A stretch of 64,000 nucleotides of DNA, taken from Eledone cirrhosa. Taxonomy: Eukaryota. The stretch covers positions 48,360,001 to 48,424,000 of the forward strand of contig OZ024743.1 in NCBI GenBank assembly GCA_964016885.1, written 5' to 3'. The notes below the pieces were generated by a model, which made no database searches, had not been told where the DNA came from, and saw nothing but the letters and a program-made list of their open reading frames with translations. Position 1 is the stretch's first letter; each line of letters starts with the position of its first letter. Positions 33,066-47,346 of this stretch are shown here, piece after piece. A program made the translations under genes and the position numbers.

Positions 33066-35484
33066 TAACCCAGTCTACATTGTAGATGTTCTTTATATGA
33101 ATCATCAGTGTAGATTTGTGATGTTTTTTTTTTATTTCTATTTATTTAATTTTATTTCCTTTTTTTTTTCCTTTTCCCTTTTCCATTACTCTAAGTTGTC
33201 AGGAAGAGCCACTACCCTCTGCTGTCATTAAAAAGCTATTTTCATAGCTATTTTAATGTTTATCATGATTAGATTTCTGAATTTCCTTCATATGTTTTCA
33301 GGCTTTTTTATGACAATTAAATTCAGAAAAATGCTAATTTTAATCATTATATTATTGTAAAACATATTTCCTGTAAACTTATTCTATGATAGTTTCATTA
33401 TCTCTTATTTATCCATTGTTCATTAATAACCATGACATTCTCAACTTGGAATGGAATGTTTCATTAATAAGCTTAGTTTACAACATCTTGCTATCTTTTA
33501 CTGAAGCTCTGCCCTTAACCCTTCATTTCCATATTTCTAGTAGAAGACTACCTTGGGTTTTCAAATAAAATTTGAAAACAATCAAGGATTTGAAGGGATT
33601 TAGTAATGTAACTAACTTTCATATTATTTATTTTTTGCATTTGGAGCATAACTTAACAAGGGTGCTTACATAAAATCCCGATGGAATGTTTTTAGATAAA
33701 TATTGGCCCTTGACATAAAAAGCTTAGTATTGTTGAACCAGAGTTAGTTTCAGGTAGTTTGATATAAAAAAAATTAAGGGCTAGATTTTCTTATTCCACT
33801 TGTACTGACAACATATAACTATTTTATTCCTTGTGGTTTATCTGTTCTCTTCACTATTATTTCTTTATTGTATTCCACATTCTTTCTACCATATATTTGG
33901 TCAGTTACCTGAGTTTTAGCACTTTTGGATTAATGATCCACCAAATCTTTCCATTTTTATTCTAATTCTTCATACTAAACTGCTTGAAACTATCCCTATT
34001 TATTTTAAAGTGTTTATATTTATCTAAAAACTTCTCATCATAATTTTATGCAAGGACCTCTTTCAAGTTATGCTCCAAAAACAAGCTTAATAATAAGAAA
34101 GTTATGTTATTAAATCTCTCAGAATTCTTGATTATTTTCAAAATGATTTAAAAATTAGAAGCAGTGTTTTTCATTAGAAATATGGCAATTCCAACCAGTA
34201 GATCAACCTTGCATTCCACACACAACCAAATGGTATTAGACAAAATTTGTATCTATTATAACAAATATATATACCTCATATGTATATATTTAAAAGTTTA
34301 TATCTTCTCATTTTTATGTAACAATCGTTCATTCCTCCTCTTTCAACTTCTGACTTCTCTTCTCTTTAATCATTTGATTTTGTATATCATTTTCTCTCTC
34401 TGTCTATTGCTGCCTATTTCTCTTTTATGTCTTCCCTGCTTTTTCCCTCTTCCTCAGCTGTTCTGCAGTTGTCATATGTATTTTTCTTTCTCTTTTTTTT
34501 ACCCCCCCCCCCACCCATCTCTCATTTTAAACCATTTTCTTTATTCAACAGCTATCATTTAAACAATTTATCATTCATTAAAAAAAAGAAACCTGTCCAT
34601 ATTTATATAATATACTCTTTTACCTGTTCCAGCCATCCAGCTGAGGCCATGCTGGGCACGTATATATCACCACCATCCATTTTTTCCCACACTAGCATAA
34701 GCTAGACGAGTTGTCCCGTTGTGAATCAAGACGGGTCAGATTGTGTCTTGCTCATACAGAACTGCTTCTAGTTTGGTTTCTACGTCTAGATGTCCTTCCT
34801 AACACCAACCATACTTACACCGTGCATTGGGTGACTTTTATTGTGGCACCAAAACGATCACTGTACAGTGTGGACTGGGCGCTTTTTGTCGTGTCACCAA
34901 CGCAACCATTTTACAGTCTGGACATTATATATATATGTTACAGTATCGATACATATTTAATATGCATAATGATCATGTTTCTCAATAAATAAGACCTTAG
35001 ATCAGAGCATCAATTTAAAAGATATATGTAGAGAGAAAGAAGCATATATCATTTGAGAAACACACAATCTTAATATATGTCACATGCTGTACAAAATACT
35101 TTTATATCTGTTGAGAGCAGAGAGTTTATTTTAAATCCCTACTGCACATGATGTCAAAACACACATTTAATGGCCAGGGTAGATATAAGACTGAACATTG
35201 TAAAGGCTAGAAAGAGGTCTGAAAAACCAGTCCCAGTTAATGCAACTCAACAAATTAATAAATTTGAAATAGTTCTCTCTCTCTCTCTCTCCCCCCACCC
35301 ACCCACGCGCGATGGCTTCCCCCTCGTTATTGTGTATGGCCATTGCACGATTTACCATTATTAATAATTATTAATCAATTCTATTGTGCAATGCTTGTGC
35401 GTGAAGATTTTTTTTTAAAGTGAGGAAAGACTGTGCACTGAGCCAATCCCACTCTCTGAACGACAGTAGCTCTAACCCGAAAAG

Positions 35485-35720
35485 AAGAAAAGATCAACAT
35501 CATTGGTAACTACTGAGCCGCAGGTTATATGTCGGAGTTATGCCAGTTTCCTGAGTTGCATTCTAGAAGAATGCCCTGACAAAGGCTAGGGGTCCTTCAC
35601 TCCCAGTGGTTTAACCACGCGACGAAGTATCCAGCCCAACTATTTCTGTCCCTGCGCATATACATACATATTTACACATTTTTGGATGGCCGTTGACTCT
35701 TATGAGTTCTTCTGCCCTTT
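35485..35720 (-). mobile_element. Diverged relative of the bipartite RTE 5'UTR
   Basis: TCAACATCATTGG...GCAGGTTATAT...GACAAAGGCTAGGGGTC...TTTTGGATGGCCGTTGACTCTTATGAGTTCTTCTGCCCTTT resembles the reverse complement of 11413-11570. Confidence 0.55.
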
Positions 35721-36179
35721 GTGTACACACACACACTATATATATATATATATGGTATAAATTGGCAATTTTTTTTTAAACAGTCCTCAGTGACTGATAA
35801 GACTGAAGCTGTTGATATTCTGTTTAAATTGTTCCTTCATGAAAGACATATGCAAGGAAAGAATTCCAGAGGGATGATTTTTGGGGAGAGGAAGGATTGG
35901 GTATGGTAGTTAGTGCAAGGATTAGGGAGGGGAGGCACAGGTGATGAGTAGCAGAGATATGAGTGAGTAAAGTTGGCATGAGGTCTCAACTCTGAGGAAC
36001 AGATGCCATTACATTAGCAGCAGAAATGTGAACTAGAGGCAGGAGAATGTCTGTTAGTAACTTTATGCCAATCAGATTAGTATCCCTTTTCTGGATGTGG
36101 TCAAGGAAGTGTGTGTGTGTGTGTGTGGCAGCAGGAGCATCCCAGATTTGGAAGCATTACTCCACTGCAGGTTTTACTG

Positions 36180-36445
36180 AGACAATGTGGTCGTGGAGGT
36201 GCTACGGCAGAAAAGCACCCAAACCATACTGTAAAGTGGACATGTAGGCGCCACAGAAAAAAGCGCACCCAGCACTCACTGTAAATGAGGTTGGTGTTAG
36301 GAAGGGCATTCAGCTGTAGAAATCAAGCCAGAATCAGTTCCCATATGAGCAAGACAAGGTCAGCCGACTGGACACTGCCCACAACAGGACAACCCGTTTA
36401 ACCCATGTTAGCGTGGAAGAATGAACGTAAAATGGTGATGATGAT
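36180..36445 (+). mobile_element. RTE 3'UTR fragment (subfamily B)
   Basis: Matches 40165-40428. A more decayed copy lies at ~34665-34925(-). Confidence 0.85.
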
Positions 36446-37727
36446 TGTAAAAGGTCAGAAATTGTTGCAGGGCTGAAGTGTTTTCTGGCTCTGAAGAGCT
36501 GTTAGATGCAATCCTAGCTATGTTTAGGATGTGCATTTGCTATAAAAGATGCTCAAATATTGAAGCATTGTATTTAGTGTCCATATTTAAGGGTGGCCAG
36601 TTACGGTGATGTTTTAGTTTCATACACATACATTCAGCAGGGGCAATATTTTAAATGGTTTCGGTACCAATATTGACATCAGTATTTATTTTAATCAATT
36701 ATATTTTATCTCTTTGATTTGCCAAATCACTATGTTTCAGGGCAAAAGCATGAACGCAAGCATGCAGATACACACAAATAATATATAATACAGGATTGCA
36801 AAAGAAATTGTTCACCGAGTTATCTCTTTCCTGAGTGAAAGTCAGTACACACACGTGCTTTGATTTCCTTATCTCACCAGTGGCCAGCTATGCAGAACTC
36901 TCACACATTACTAGATGGAATGGGGATTGATAAAAATTCAAAAGCTACTATTGAGATTAGGTGTACAGTAGTTGTTTCTTTTTTTTTTTTTTATTATTAT
37001 TATTATAGTATTGGCGGAAGGTTGGACGCCATACTTTTTAGCATAGTTACATCTCTCCGAGGTTAACTTTGCCTTTCATCCTTACGGGGTCGATAAAATA
37101 AAGTACCAGTAATGCACTGGGTAATTGCTGGCCTTGTGCCTAAAGTAGAAACAATTATTATTATTATTATAAATTTGCACATACATACGAGTTCTTTTTA
37201 TTCTCTAAAGAAGATAAAAGATTTGCTTGCAGCTATTTTCAACTGATGATAGTTTAGGTAGGATATATTTTGTCTGCTGTTAAGTTGCTCTGAACTTGAA
37301 AGTGTTAAGGAAACACCATTTCCTTTGATAACGTGGTTTTTGGTGAATGATGTTTAACACTGATATTATAGGAATAATTATTATGGGGTATAAGCAGAGA
37401 GGCAACACTTTTATAAATACATCCAGTTGTGAGAAGGAAGTTATGGAAAATTATTCAACTGAAATTGTTACTCTGCTATCTTATTCATTTACCTCGTTAG
37501 ATTAGAAACAACTTCCTTGTTAGTGTGTTTGATGGTTAGATAACCAAATGCTCATAAATCTAAAAATAATAAGCTCTTTTTTTTCTTATTGTGATTACCT
37601 CCAGCTTTTTAGTGTTGTTAGCTGTTCTGAGCTAAGCCTATGATACTTTTGAAACATTAAATTTTTCAAAAATTATTATCTGAATGAAATAAGTAATATT
37701 CAGTTTTTTCCACTAAACTGTAATAAA

Positions 37728-37811
<84 letters not shown>

Positions 37812-38102
37812 ACAATGCTTGCTTAACAAATGGTTCTGTTTATGCCCTATAACTGTCATCAACCTTGTGTGTGTGTGTGTTTCATTTGAAGGCTACCACA
37901 ATGTGAATTGGACAGTAAATGTTAAAAATATGATAAAGGTGTTGGGATGTTACTTTACAGTTTTTTTTTTCCATAGGTAACATCCAACTCCATTATTATC
38001 ATATTTTTAACATTCTCTGTTCCAATTCACATTGTGAATAAAATTCTGTTTTCTACAATTTACACAATGCTTCAAGCAAACTATAACACCTTTATATATA
38101 TA

Positions 38103-38663
38103 CTAGCAGTGGTACCCGGCGTTGCACGAGATAAGGTATTGTGAAATATATAACCGCCTTAGCTAAGCTTAGTATTGCCACAACCACGGCTGGCAAAGAA
38201 GTAAGGGCCTGGTGATACGTAAGTAAGCAACACTGGTTTAAAACGTGAGGAAGAAGTTGTGTGCACTTACCAACTGTTTGGGGAATGAGTGTGAGATTTG
38301 TCTTGAGCAAGGGTGGCAGAATAGCCGGAGGCAGCAGACATACAGACATATTATAAGGGCGCGTTCTGGACGCAGAGTGAATTGTAGGAAGTGACGGAAT
38401 GCAGACAGCCAGACATACAGACAGATATTATAAGGGCGCAACGTTATATGTATGTATCTATCTAAAAAGAGAAAGACTAAGAATTATAGAGAGATCGCCT
38501 AATGCAGTCCCTAGGGCATGAAAATTTGAAATTTTTTTTTCTCAGAACACTCCCTGAAACATAAGTATTACATGTGTAAAACAGTCGGTTGGGTGCTTCT
38601 CTAGTTTTAGGGATTCAAACTCACACACACACAGACAGACATCCTCAGTTTTATATATATAGA
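38103..38663 (-). mobile_element. Non-autonomous Helitron H1, complete short variant
   Basis: The minus strand reads A|TCTATATATATAAAACTGAGG...hairpin...CTAG|T. These are canonical TC/CTAG ends in an AT target with no TSD. Confidence 0.85.
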
Positions 38664-38842
38664 TTAATATAAAGGATAATTTGTTATGCCTTCATTACAT
38701 TTGAGTTGCGACGCGTATTTCGCTATTGATCAGCTCAAGGTTCGATCTATTTCGATCTAGCCCAAATCTGGAATCAAAAGCTTGTTGGACTTCTGTTGTG
38801 GTAATGTCTGGTGAATCTACTGCAGTAATTGGACATTACAAT

Positions 38843-38885
<43 letters not shown>

Positions 38886-39182
38886 GAAGGAAATGTGGTA
38901 AGGAACCAGGTGGACCATAACGCACCAAAGTACTCAATACTTAGGGTAGTAGAGTGGGTATATATGTATATACATTGAGGACCGAATAAATTAAATTAAC
39001 TGATATAAAAGATACAGAAGCGAAAACCAACCAAACAGTGAGTGTGTTCTGTTATTAATTCTGGCAATATTATTACACAAATATGTCCCTTCCCAAGTAT
39101 AACTATATATATATATATATATATAAACGGAAAAAATGAAACAAAATTTCATTTCCCACTCTTAGTACGGCTGTTACTTAAA

Positions 39183-40866
39183 TATAAGTATGTACACTAC
39201 ATACATATATGTATACAGACGTACAGTAGTATATATATATACTACTAGAGAAAGGGCCTCAAAGTCAACATGACAAAGACTAAGGTCCTTATAAGTAGAC
39301 GAGAAAACAGAACCCAGATCCCCTCAGGGAAATGGCCTTGCTCAGTATGTAGGAAAGGTGTAGGTAGGAACTCCATTCTCTGCCCCAAATGCAAACAATG
39401 GGTACACAAGAGATGTAGCGGGATCTCAGGAAGCTTAATTAAGAATGTAGGATTCACATGCAGCAGCTGTGCTGAAACAGCAAGCAAACAGCCACAGGAA
39501 ACAAGTACCACCAATCTCTGGGAGGGCCCTGTAGAAACAGTAGACAGCTTCTGCTACCTAGGTGACCGAATTAGCAACGGAGGTGGGTGCTCAGAAAGTA
39601 CAATAACTAGGGTAAGAACGGGATGGAAGAAGTTTAGGGAACTACTACCACTGCTAGCTGCAAAAGGCTTCTCCCTCAGAATGAAAGGCAGACTGTATGA
39701 TGCGTGTATCCGAACAGCGATGTTGCATGGTAGTGAGACCTGGGCGCTGAAGGTGGAAGACTTACGTAGATTAGAGAGAAACGAAGCCTGCATGCTCCGA
39801 TGGATGTGTAACAGTAATATACGTGAACGACAAAGCATAAAGGAATTGAGAGAGAGACTGAGCATAAGAGGAATCAAATGCTGCGTGCAGGAGAGGCGGT
39901 TACGCTGGTATGGACATGTGATGCGTATGAAGGATGACAGCTGCATAAAAAGGTGCAGAGCACTAGAAGTTGATGGAAACCGCGGAGTGGGGAGACCCAA
40001 GATGACTTGGGATGAGGTGATAAAAGCCGACCTTACCCAACTACACCTCTCAAAGTCAATGACACACGACCGTGACTTCTGGCGTCACGCAGTAATACAG
40101 GGTACCTGACCTCCCATGGGTACATGCTGAAGCATATAAACAATATGCCCCCCCCCCCCCCACCGCAAAGTGGTCGTGGAGGTGCCACGGCAAAAAAGCA
40201 CCCAGCCCACACTGTAAAGTGGACGTGTAGGCGCCACGAAAAAGCACCCAGCACTCACTGTAAATGAGGTTGGTGTTAGGAAGGGCATCCAGCTGTAGAA
40301 ATCAAGCCAGATCAGTTCCTGTATGAGCAAGGCATGGTCAGCCGACCAGACACTGCCCACAACAGGACAACCCGTCTAACCCATGCTAGCGTGGAAGAAC
40401 GGACGTAAAACGGTGATGATGATGATGATATATATATACATACATGCACACATATATATGTACGTATGGATTCACCGAACATTTATTAGGATGCTCGGTG
40501 TGTTTGTAAACAAACATCCCGTATTAAGCCGTAGTGTCTAGCAACCATCGTTGCTCGTTTGTTCAACACTGACAAAGGAACGCTGTACTAGTTTCAAGCT
40601 TATTAGTTATCGTCAGCAACGTATACCTTCCTGCCAGATTGTTGAACGTATATACTTACCTTATGCAGTGTTGAACAAACGAGCAACGATGGTTGCTAGA
40701 CACTACGGCTTAATACGGGATGTTTGTTTACAAACACACTGAGCATTATAGTAAATGTTCGGTGAATCCATACGTACATATATATATATGTGTGCATGTA
40801 TGTATATATATATATATATACATATTACTGTACGTCTGTATACATATATGTATGTATGTGTACATA

Positions 40867-40872
<6 letters not shown>
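39183..40872. mobile_element. Foldback/MITE-like inverted-repeat element whose left arm is interrupted by an RTE insertion
   Basis: 40429-40571 is the inverse of 40666-~40815, with a ~95-nt spacer. 39183-39232 is the inverse of 40822-40872. Confidence 0.7.
39243..40428 (+). mobile_element. RTE LINE (subfamily B), 5'-truncated
   Basis: ORF 39270-40109 has a PHD-type finger, [13 protein letters not shown] and RRLRWYGHV. The 3'UTR differs from subfamily A and ends in (GAT)n. Confidence 0.93.
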
Positions 40873-40943
<71 letters not shown>

Positions 40944-40954
40944 ACATAAATAAT

Positions 40955-41304
40955 ACACCCCATCCCACTACCCTCACCCCATCCATACAACACCTTTTAA
41001 TGTAATGTTATGTTGGTACCACAACATCCAGTCCGAAACAAATGAGGTTGTGTAGGTGTCACGACCAAAAAACACACAGTCCACGCTGTAATGTGGCCGT
41101 GTAGGTAACACGGTAAAATCCTCCCAGTCCACACTGTAAACGTGGTTGGTGTTAGGAAGGGCATGCATCCGTAGAAAACCCGCCAGACAGTCCTATGCGA
41201 GTAAGACAACCACTCTTGCCTCAAGTGGGAAAACTCCCATCCAAACCCATGCAAGCGTGGAAGATGGACGTTAAACGATGATGATGATGATGATGATGAT
41301 GATG
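40955..41304 (+). mobile_element. RTE 3'UTR fragment (subfamily A)
   Basis: Matches 32655-32982 and has a (GAT)n tail. Confidence 0.88.
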
Positions 41305-43267
41305 AAAGATGCTGATGTTACAAAAATCGTTTATTCATTGTAATTATTTCAACAGTTCTCCCATGCAATCAAGATGCATTTGTTGTTGTTATAAGAACGG
41401 TATCCTCAGATGAAATTCGATTTTGTGATATGTTGCCAGCAGGAAAAAAAACACATCTCCTTCTGCTTGTGCTTCCAGCTGACATATGAGTTCCTGAAAG
41501 GGTCTACCAGCCGTCGTATTTACTGGAGTAAAATGCTATCCATGTGTCAATTAGCGATATCATCATCATCATACGTCCGCTTTTCTTCTCTAATTTCTCA
41601 TTCTATTTTCTAATGGGACTAGTTTTCGAAAGGTTAAGACCCTTTTCCCACTATATCAAGTGTAAAACTAATATATTTCTTCATTGTACTGTATCGTTTG
41701 CTTTGTTAGTTCTGTTTACTTTTTGCACATACAGACACGTTTGTGTATGTGTAGTACATGTAAACACACTCACACACATAATTTGCAAAGAATGCCAATT
41801 TTTGGCATGAATGGAACCATTAAGAACATTTTTGATAGATCAAACAAAAAGTGATGTACAGTTATAATATAGATTGTGGCATTACAAATTTTATCATGCA
41901 TGCTGTTTTAATCTTCTCTGTCAATATACTTTTAGATCATGTTCAGGTTCAACTTTATCACATTCTTCAAACTTCAATTCTTTTGTAACCACTCTGGAAT
42001 TTATACTCAACCCATATTTTCCTACTAGGTATCAATATACATAAGTTCAATTTGATCAACATCTCTAGTTTTAGATAACTGATAAGGTCATAGATACTGT
42101 CTCCTTTTCATGGTAAAAAAAGTCCTATTTTTTTTGTTTGTCTCAACCAAATAACTTGAAGACCAGTACTTTGCTCCAGTTTTAGTGTATCAAACAGTTG
42201 GATAATAGATTTCCCTTTGCATAAGGTGCCTATCTATTATACATGATATTCACAGGAAATCTGTGAGCTTCTTCACCAAGATATGTCCTCTTCACCAAAA
42301 TATATATAATCTAATATTTTACTTAACCCTTCATTAACCATTTCATATTTCTAATGAAAGACACTGCCCAGGATTTGCAAATAGTTTTGAAAATAATCAA
42401 GAATTTGGTGCTATTTAGTTATTATAACTAACTTTTTTATTATTAAGTTGGTATTTGAAACAGCACAAGGTTTTTACATAAAATTGTGATGGAAGCTTTC
42501 TTGATAAATATAAACTTTTTAAAATAACGACTTCTTTTAATATTGCTTTTTTGCCATGATCTCTCCATGCTATAGGTTGCTCCAACTTGTAAAGAGAAAA
42601 TCTATTTTTAAATTTTAAACTTCTATGTAAAGAATATATATAGCACTTAGCTGAAGATAATTATTAGGTACACATTTAGGATTGTTTTTATTGTTTAGTC
42701 ATGGTCCTTTTTTGTGACTCTGAGGCTGTGAGAGGGAAGGAAGAAGGTATCCTCAAACTGAGACCAAATGCTTGCAACAGTGGATTCCACTAAAGACACC
42801 AAAGAACCAGGTGGAGGTGTTAAATTAAGTAATGGATTACGTCAACTACTCAATAAAGAAGTAATAGCTGAGTGTTTGGAGCCTTGATCATTGGTTCAAA
42901 CCAATGCTTCAATCAAGCATTATATTATTCAAATCGAGGTTGACTTTGCCTTTCATCCTTACGGGGTCGATAAAATAAAGTACCAGTAATGCACTGGGTA
43001 ATTGCTGGCCTTGTGCCTAAAGTAGAAACAATTATATTATTCAAATTGTTCATTTTACTTTATTTTATTCAATTTATTTTTCATGTTTTATATTTTTTAA
43101 TGCTGACATTTGCAATAGAGATTTTCCAAACGTGAACATTTACATATTGTTTTAAAAGGTGTACTCGCTTGTACTAGTATTTATGTTGGCATTCATTCAG
43201 GATGGGTTAAGCTGGCTCCAACCAGCAAATCCACAGCATCACAGAGGCCACTCATGTACTGGAATCA

Positions 43268-43359
43268 CAGACGCCTTACAGGGATATTGTCAGACGCCTT
43301 ACATGGATATTGTCAGATGCCTTACATGGATATTGTCCGATGCCTTACATGGATATTGT
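43268..43359. repeat. Minisatellite, 4 x 23 bp (CAGACGCCTTACATGGATATTGT)
   Basis: Units start at 43268, 43291, 43314 and 43337. Confidence 0.9.
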
Positions 43360-45334
43360 CCAGTGGTAGACACCATATTTACAAAGACCAGATAGTAGCT
43401 CAAGATTTGACTTGAATATGCCAATCTAAGTTTTCAGCCAAGACCTAGCCACTTATATATATATATCCAAGGAGGGGCACTGGTAGAAATGCATTATGGA
43501 TGTGTTCACCTTGTGGACAGTGGTGTGCATGACCAAACCATCTGAGGTGCCTTTTAAGTAAAGACTTAGAGGGATTGATATGACAGTGACAAACAGATTT
43601 CTGAATTTGACATAAAATCCAATATACGTACCTGGAGTATTCAACAAAGACAAAAGTAGTCAAATTTTACTAGCTTGTAATAATTCTGTCATTGGTCATA
43701 TCTCATAGCCATGAAAAACTGTACAATACATCTTGAAGGGCTTCTATCCATTAACCATCTAAGTGCTATGTGTTGCCAGTGATGCAGACTGTTTTACTTG
43801 GTTGTAGAATGGCTTCATAAAATGGTCTGCAGTAAAGTTTGAACTTATGACCCTGCCTCAGAAAATATGTACCATCTTCCTTGCTCATGTTGTTTAGTTC
43901 AACCATGAGATTCCAATTATAAGCACATTTTTTGCAAAGTCTGTTTGAGTTTATAATCAGGAATGGAAAATATATTACAAAATCCCTCCAAATTCTTGAT
44001 TATTTTAAAAACGATTTCAACATTATGGGCAGTGTCTTTCATTAGAAATATGGTAACAAAAGGGTTAAACAAAAGTTTTCATTATTGTATTCTTATAGTT
44101 TTATTTACCAACTAAGCATAAATCTCTTTACTTATTAATATTAAAGCATCATGAACTATGTTTAGTCAGACGTGTGAGCTGTTTTTAAGCATTTAGACAT
44201 CAACCAAAATATATTTTATTGACTTAAACACAATAACAATAACTGATTGGAGTGAATTTAAACTTTAGTACATTTTTTTCATGTGTGGAAATGTTGCAAT
44301 CAAAACATTACACATGCAGCCCCCCCCCCCCCCCTCCCGATCCTCTCATCTCTTTCTCTCCCATCTATCTTAATGCTCTTTTTTTTTCCATCCATCCCTC
44401 TCAAACTACATGCTACTGAGAGGAGATTTAGATTGTGACATTCATATTTCAATGACAATTATGATATCTCTCAAGCTCATTAGAGATAGAGATTCAATTG
44501 ATAATATAACCAGAGTGCAATGATGGTGATGGTGATTCTTTTTCTACTCAGTAAACATTAAAAAACAACTTTATTTTGAAATAAAATCTGAAAGTTAACA
44601 TTAACATTGAAAACCTGCTTTTATACATGAAGTTTTATATTTAATTTTAATGTGAACTGGAATGTAGAGTCTTATCTCTTTACAATAGATGATAAAAGCC
44701 CATCCTCATTGGGGAAAAGAAAATAATAGATTCTTTTACTGGTTTAATTGATCATATCTAGCCCAAGCACTCATTCTTTAAATTTTTGTGTCTGCTACTT
44801 TTTCTTTTAACCAATCTTTTTTTAATTTTTTTTATTGACCCGCTAAATTATAGAGTAATGGGCTTCCTCAAGTTTCCTTCTACCAAATTTCACTTTAAAC
44901 ATTGGTCTAGTCAAAACCATAGTAAGTGCTATGTAGTGGAACTGAACCAGAAACCGGTTGCAAAGCAAGCTCCTTAACCATACTGAGTTTTTATTTTGTA
45001 TTTTATCTTCTGTAATAGATTGTATCTACTTTTCTAAGTTAATCCCTTTATGACAAACATTTCTAATAGAATACATTGTATTTTAATTCATTAATGAGGA
45101 ATTTGGAGGGATTTACTGTGATATTAAGGTATTATTTACTAGAAGATTCTTATATCATATCATGCCAGAAGATTTTACCTTAAATAGGAATCTTTTGAAA
45201 TGAGTGGTCCTGTTTCATAGAAGCAAGCAACAGAAGAGTTAACGCCTGTGTGGGGTGGGGGTGGGGACATTTTTCACTGCTGCAATTAATATCAAGTAAG
45301 TTCCTGATATATGGGGTGTCACATCAGTTTTTCA

Positions 45335-45773
45335 CATCATCATCATCATCATCAACGTTTAACGTCCGTGTTCCACGCTTGCATGGGTTTGGACGGGGGT
45401 AGTCCCACTTGAGGCAAGAGTGATTGTCTTGCTCGCATAGGACTGTCTGGCAGGTTTTCTACAGTTGGATGCCCTTCCTAACACCAACCACATTTACAGT
45501 GTGGGTCTGGGAGGTTTTTACCGTGTTGCCTACACGGCCACATTACAGCGTGGACTGCGTGTTTTTTTGTCGTGACACCTACACGATCTCATTTGTTTCG
45601 GCCTCGAAGGCGCGGCACCAACATAACTTTACATAGAACGGGGTGGTGTGGATCGGGTGGGGGTGGGGGTGGTGGGACGGGGTGTATTTTGTTAGAGATG
45701 CCTACTGGCTGGAGTAGGTTTTACTATATATTTAGGTAAGGCGGGTCTTCTCTGTTACTGAGTACCGCCAAAG
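45335..45773 (-). mobile_element. RTE 3' end (subfamily A), nearly identical to 21771-22206
   Basis: (CAT)n tail, full 3'UTR and the last ORF codons. Confidence 0.92.
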
Positions 45774-46211
45774 TAATACGTTAAGTCCTGAACATTGCAG
45801 ATACTATTTCACTTCCTTGAAAACTTCCAAGCCATATGGTAAGAAGTAATGAAAATACATTGACAAGAGTAAAATTTAGTAGGACTCAGTTTATGATGGG
45901 GACCTTTATATAAAAAAAAACAAAAAAAAACATTACAGCTGTTTGATATAGTTTTCTTCCAATGGGGCTCCTGAAATTGGCCCATATTTTTTATTCTCCC
46001 ACTACACTATTAAAAATCTTAAGCTTCATGCCAACTTAGAGAATGCAAGAGGATATACCATTGTGCATTCTCTGAAATACTGACAGGCAAAGCAGAAACA
46101 TGAGTTTTGAAAGATTTTATACTAAGTTTTTATATTCCATAATTTTCTTTTTCAGCAAGTTTCTCCCTGTAACAATTTGAATCAGTTTCCTAAAGTTACT
46201 TTATATATATA

Positions 46212-46774
46212 CTAGCAGTGGTACCCGGCGTTGCACGGGATAAGGTATTGTGAAATATATAACCACCTTAGCTAAGCTTAGTATTGCCACAACCACGGCT
46301 GACAAACAAGTAAGGGTCTGATGGTACGTAAGTAAGCAACACTGTGGCTTAAAACGCGAGGAAGAAGTTGTGTGCAAAAGTTGTGTTTGGGGAATGAGTG
46401 TGAGATTTGTCTTGAGCAAGGGTGGCAAATAACCGGAGGCAGCAGACAGCCAGACATACAGACAGATATTATAAGGGCGCGTTCTGGACGCAGAGCGAAT
46501 TGCAGCAAGTGACGGAATATGTGAAGTGAAGGGCGCGACGTTATATGTATGTATCTATCTAAAAAGAGAAAGACTAAGAATTATAGAGAGAGATCGCTAA
46601 ATCGCCTAATGCAGTCCCTAGGGCATTGAAAATTTGAAATTTTTTTGCTCAGAACACTCCCTGAAACAAGTATTACATGTGTAAAGTTTGAAAACAGTCG
46701 GTTGGGTGCTTTTAGTTTTAGGGATTCAAACTCACACACACACAGACAGACATCCTCAGTTTTATATATATAGA
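46212..46774 (-). mobile_element. Non-autonomous Helitron H1, short variant
   Basis: Collinear with 38103-38663. It has a CCCGTGCAACGCCGGG hairpin plus CTAG at the 3' end and TCTATATA at the 5' end. Confidence 0.85.
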
Positions 46775-47306
46775 CTAGCAGAAAACCACCCGGTGGGCGG
46801 TTTTCTGCTAGCAAATCTAGTGTATATACTGATATTGTTGAGATTTGGATGAGAAATGTTTTCGGCACCACATGTTCACCGTCTCTCGGTGTGTCTTTTA
46901 TGCATGTATAAATATATATGTTATCTATACGGTAAAATCTTTGAAATAAAAATATGTTAAAACGAAAAAGGAGAAAAAGAGATTAGTGACGGAAATATAA
47001 ACGTTATGATACATAAACGTTATGATATAACGATGGAAATATATCTTCAAATGGTCCTTGGCATGGTGTCAAGTCAGAACCGCCTCGAACTGGTTACTTC
47101 TGGCTTGTGCAAGGTGTCTCTATAGCAACCAGCGATTCCCTCAGCCTCAGTGACCAAAGTCAGTGGAGAGGGGAAGGTAATGTTTCTATAGCGACAGTGT
47201 TTCTCTTGGTAGTACCAAAGTGGAGAAAGGAAGGGGAAGGTAATATTTCTGTAGCACCTACATTTGAGTTTTAGGGAAGGACAGACAGACAGACTTAGAA
47301 ATGCCC

Positions 47307-47315
47307 ATATATTTC

Positions 47316-47346
<31 letters not shown>

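Noticed and set aside
43268-43359. CRISPR-like 23-bp repeats
   Set aside because: The units are contiguous with no spacers, there are no cas genes, and the context is eukaryotic.
45291-45315. U2 snRNA-like fragment next to an RTE tail
   Set aside because: Only ATCAAGT matches. The branch-pairing GTAGTA and flanking stems are absent.
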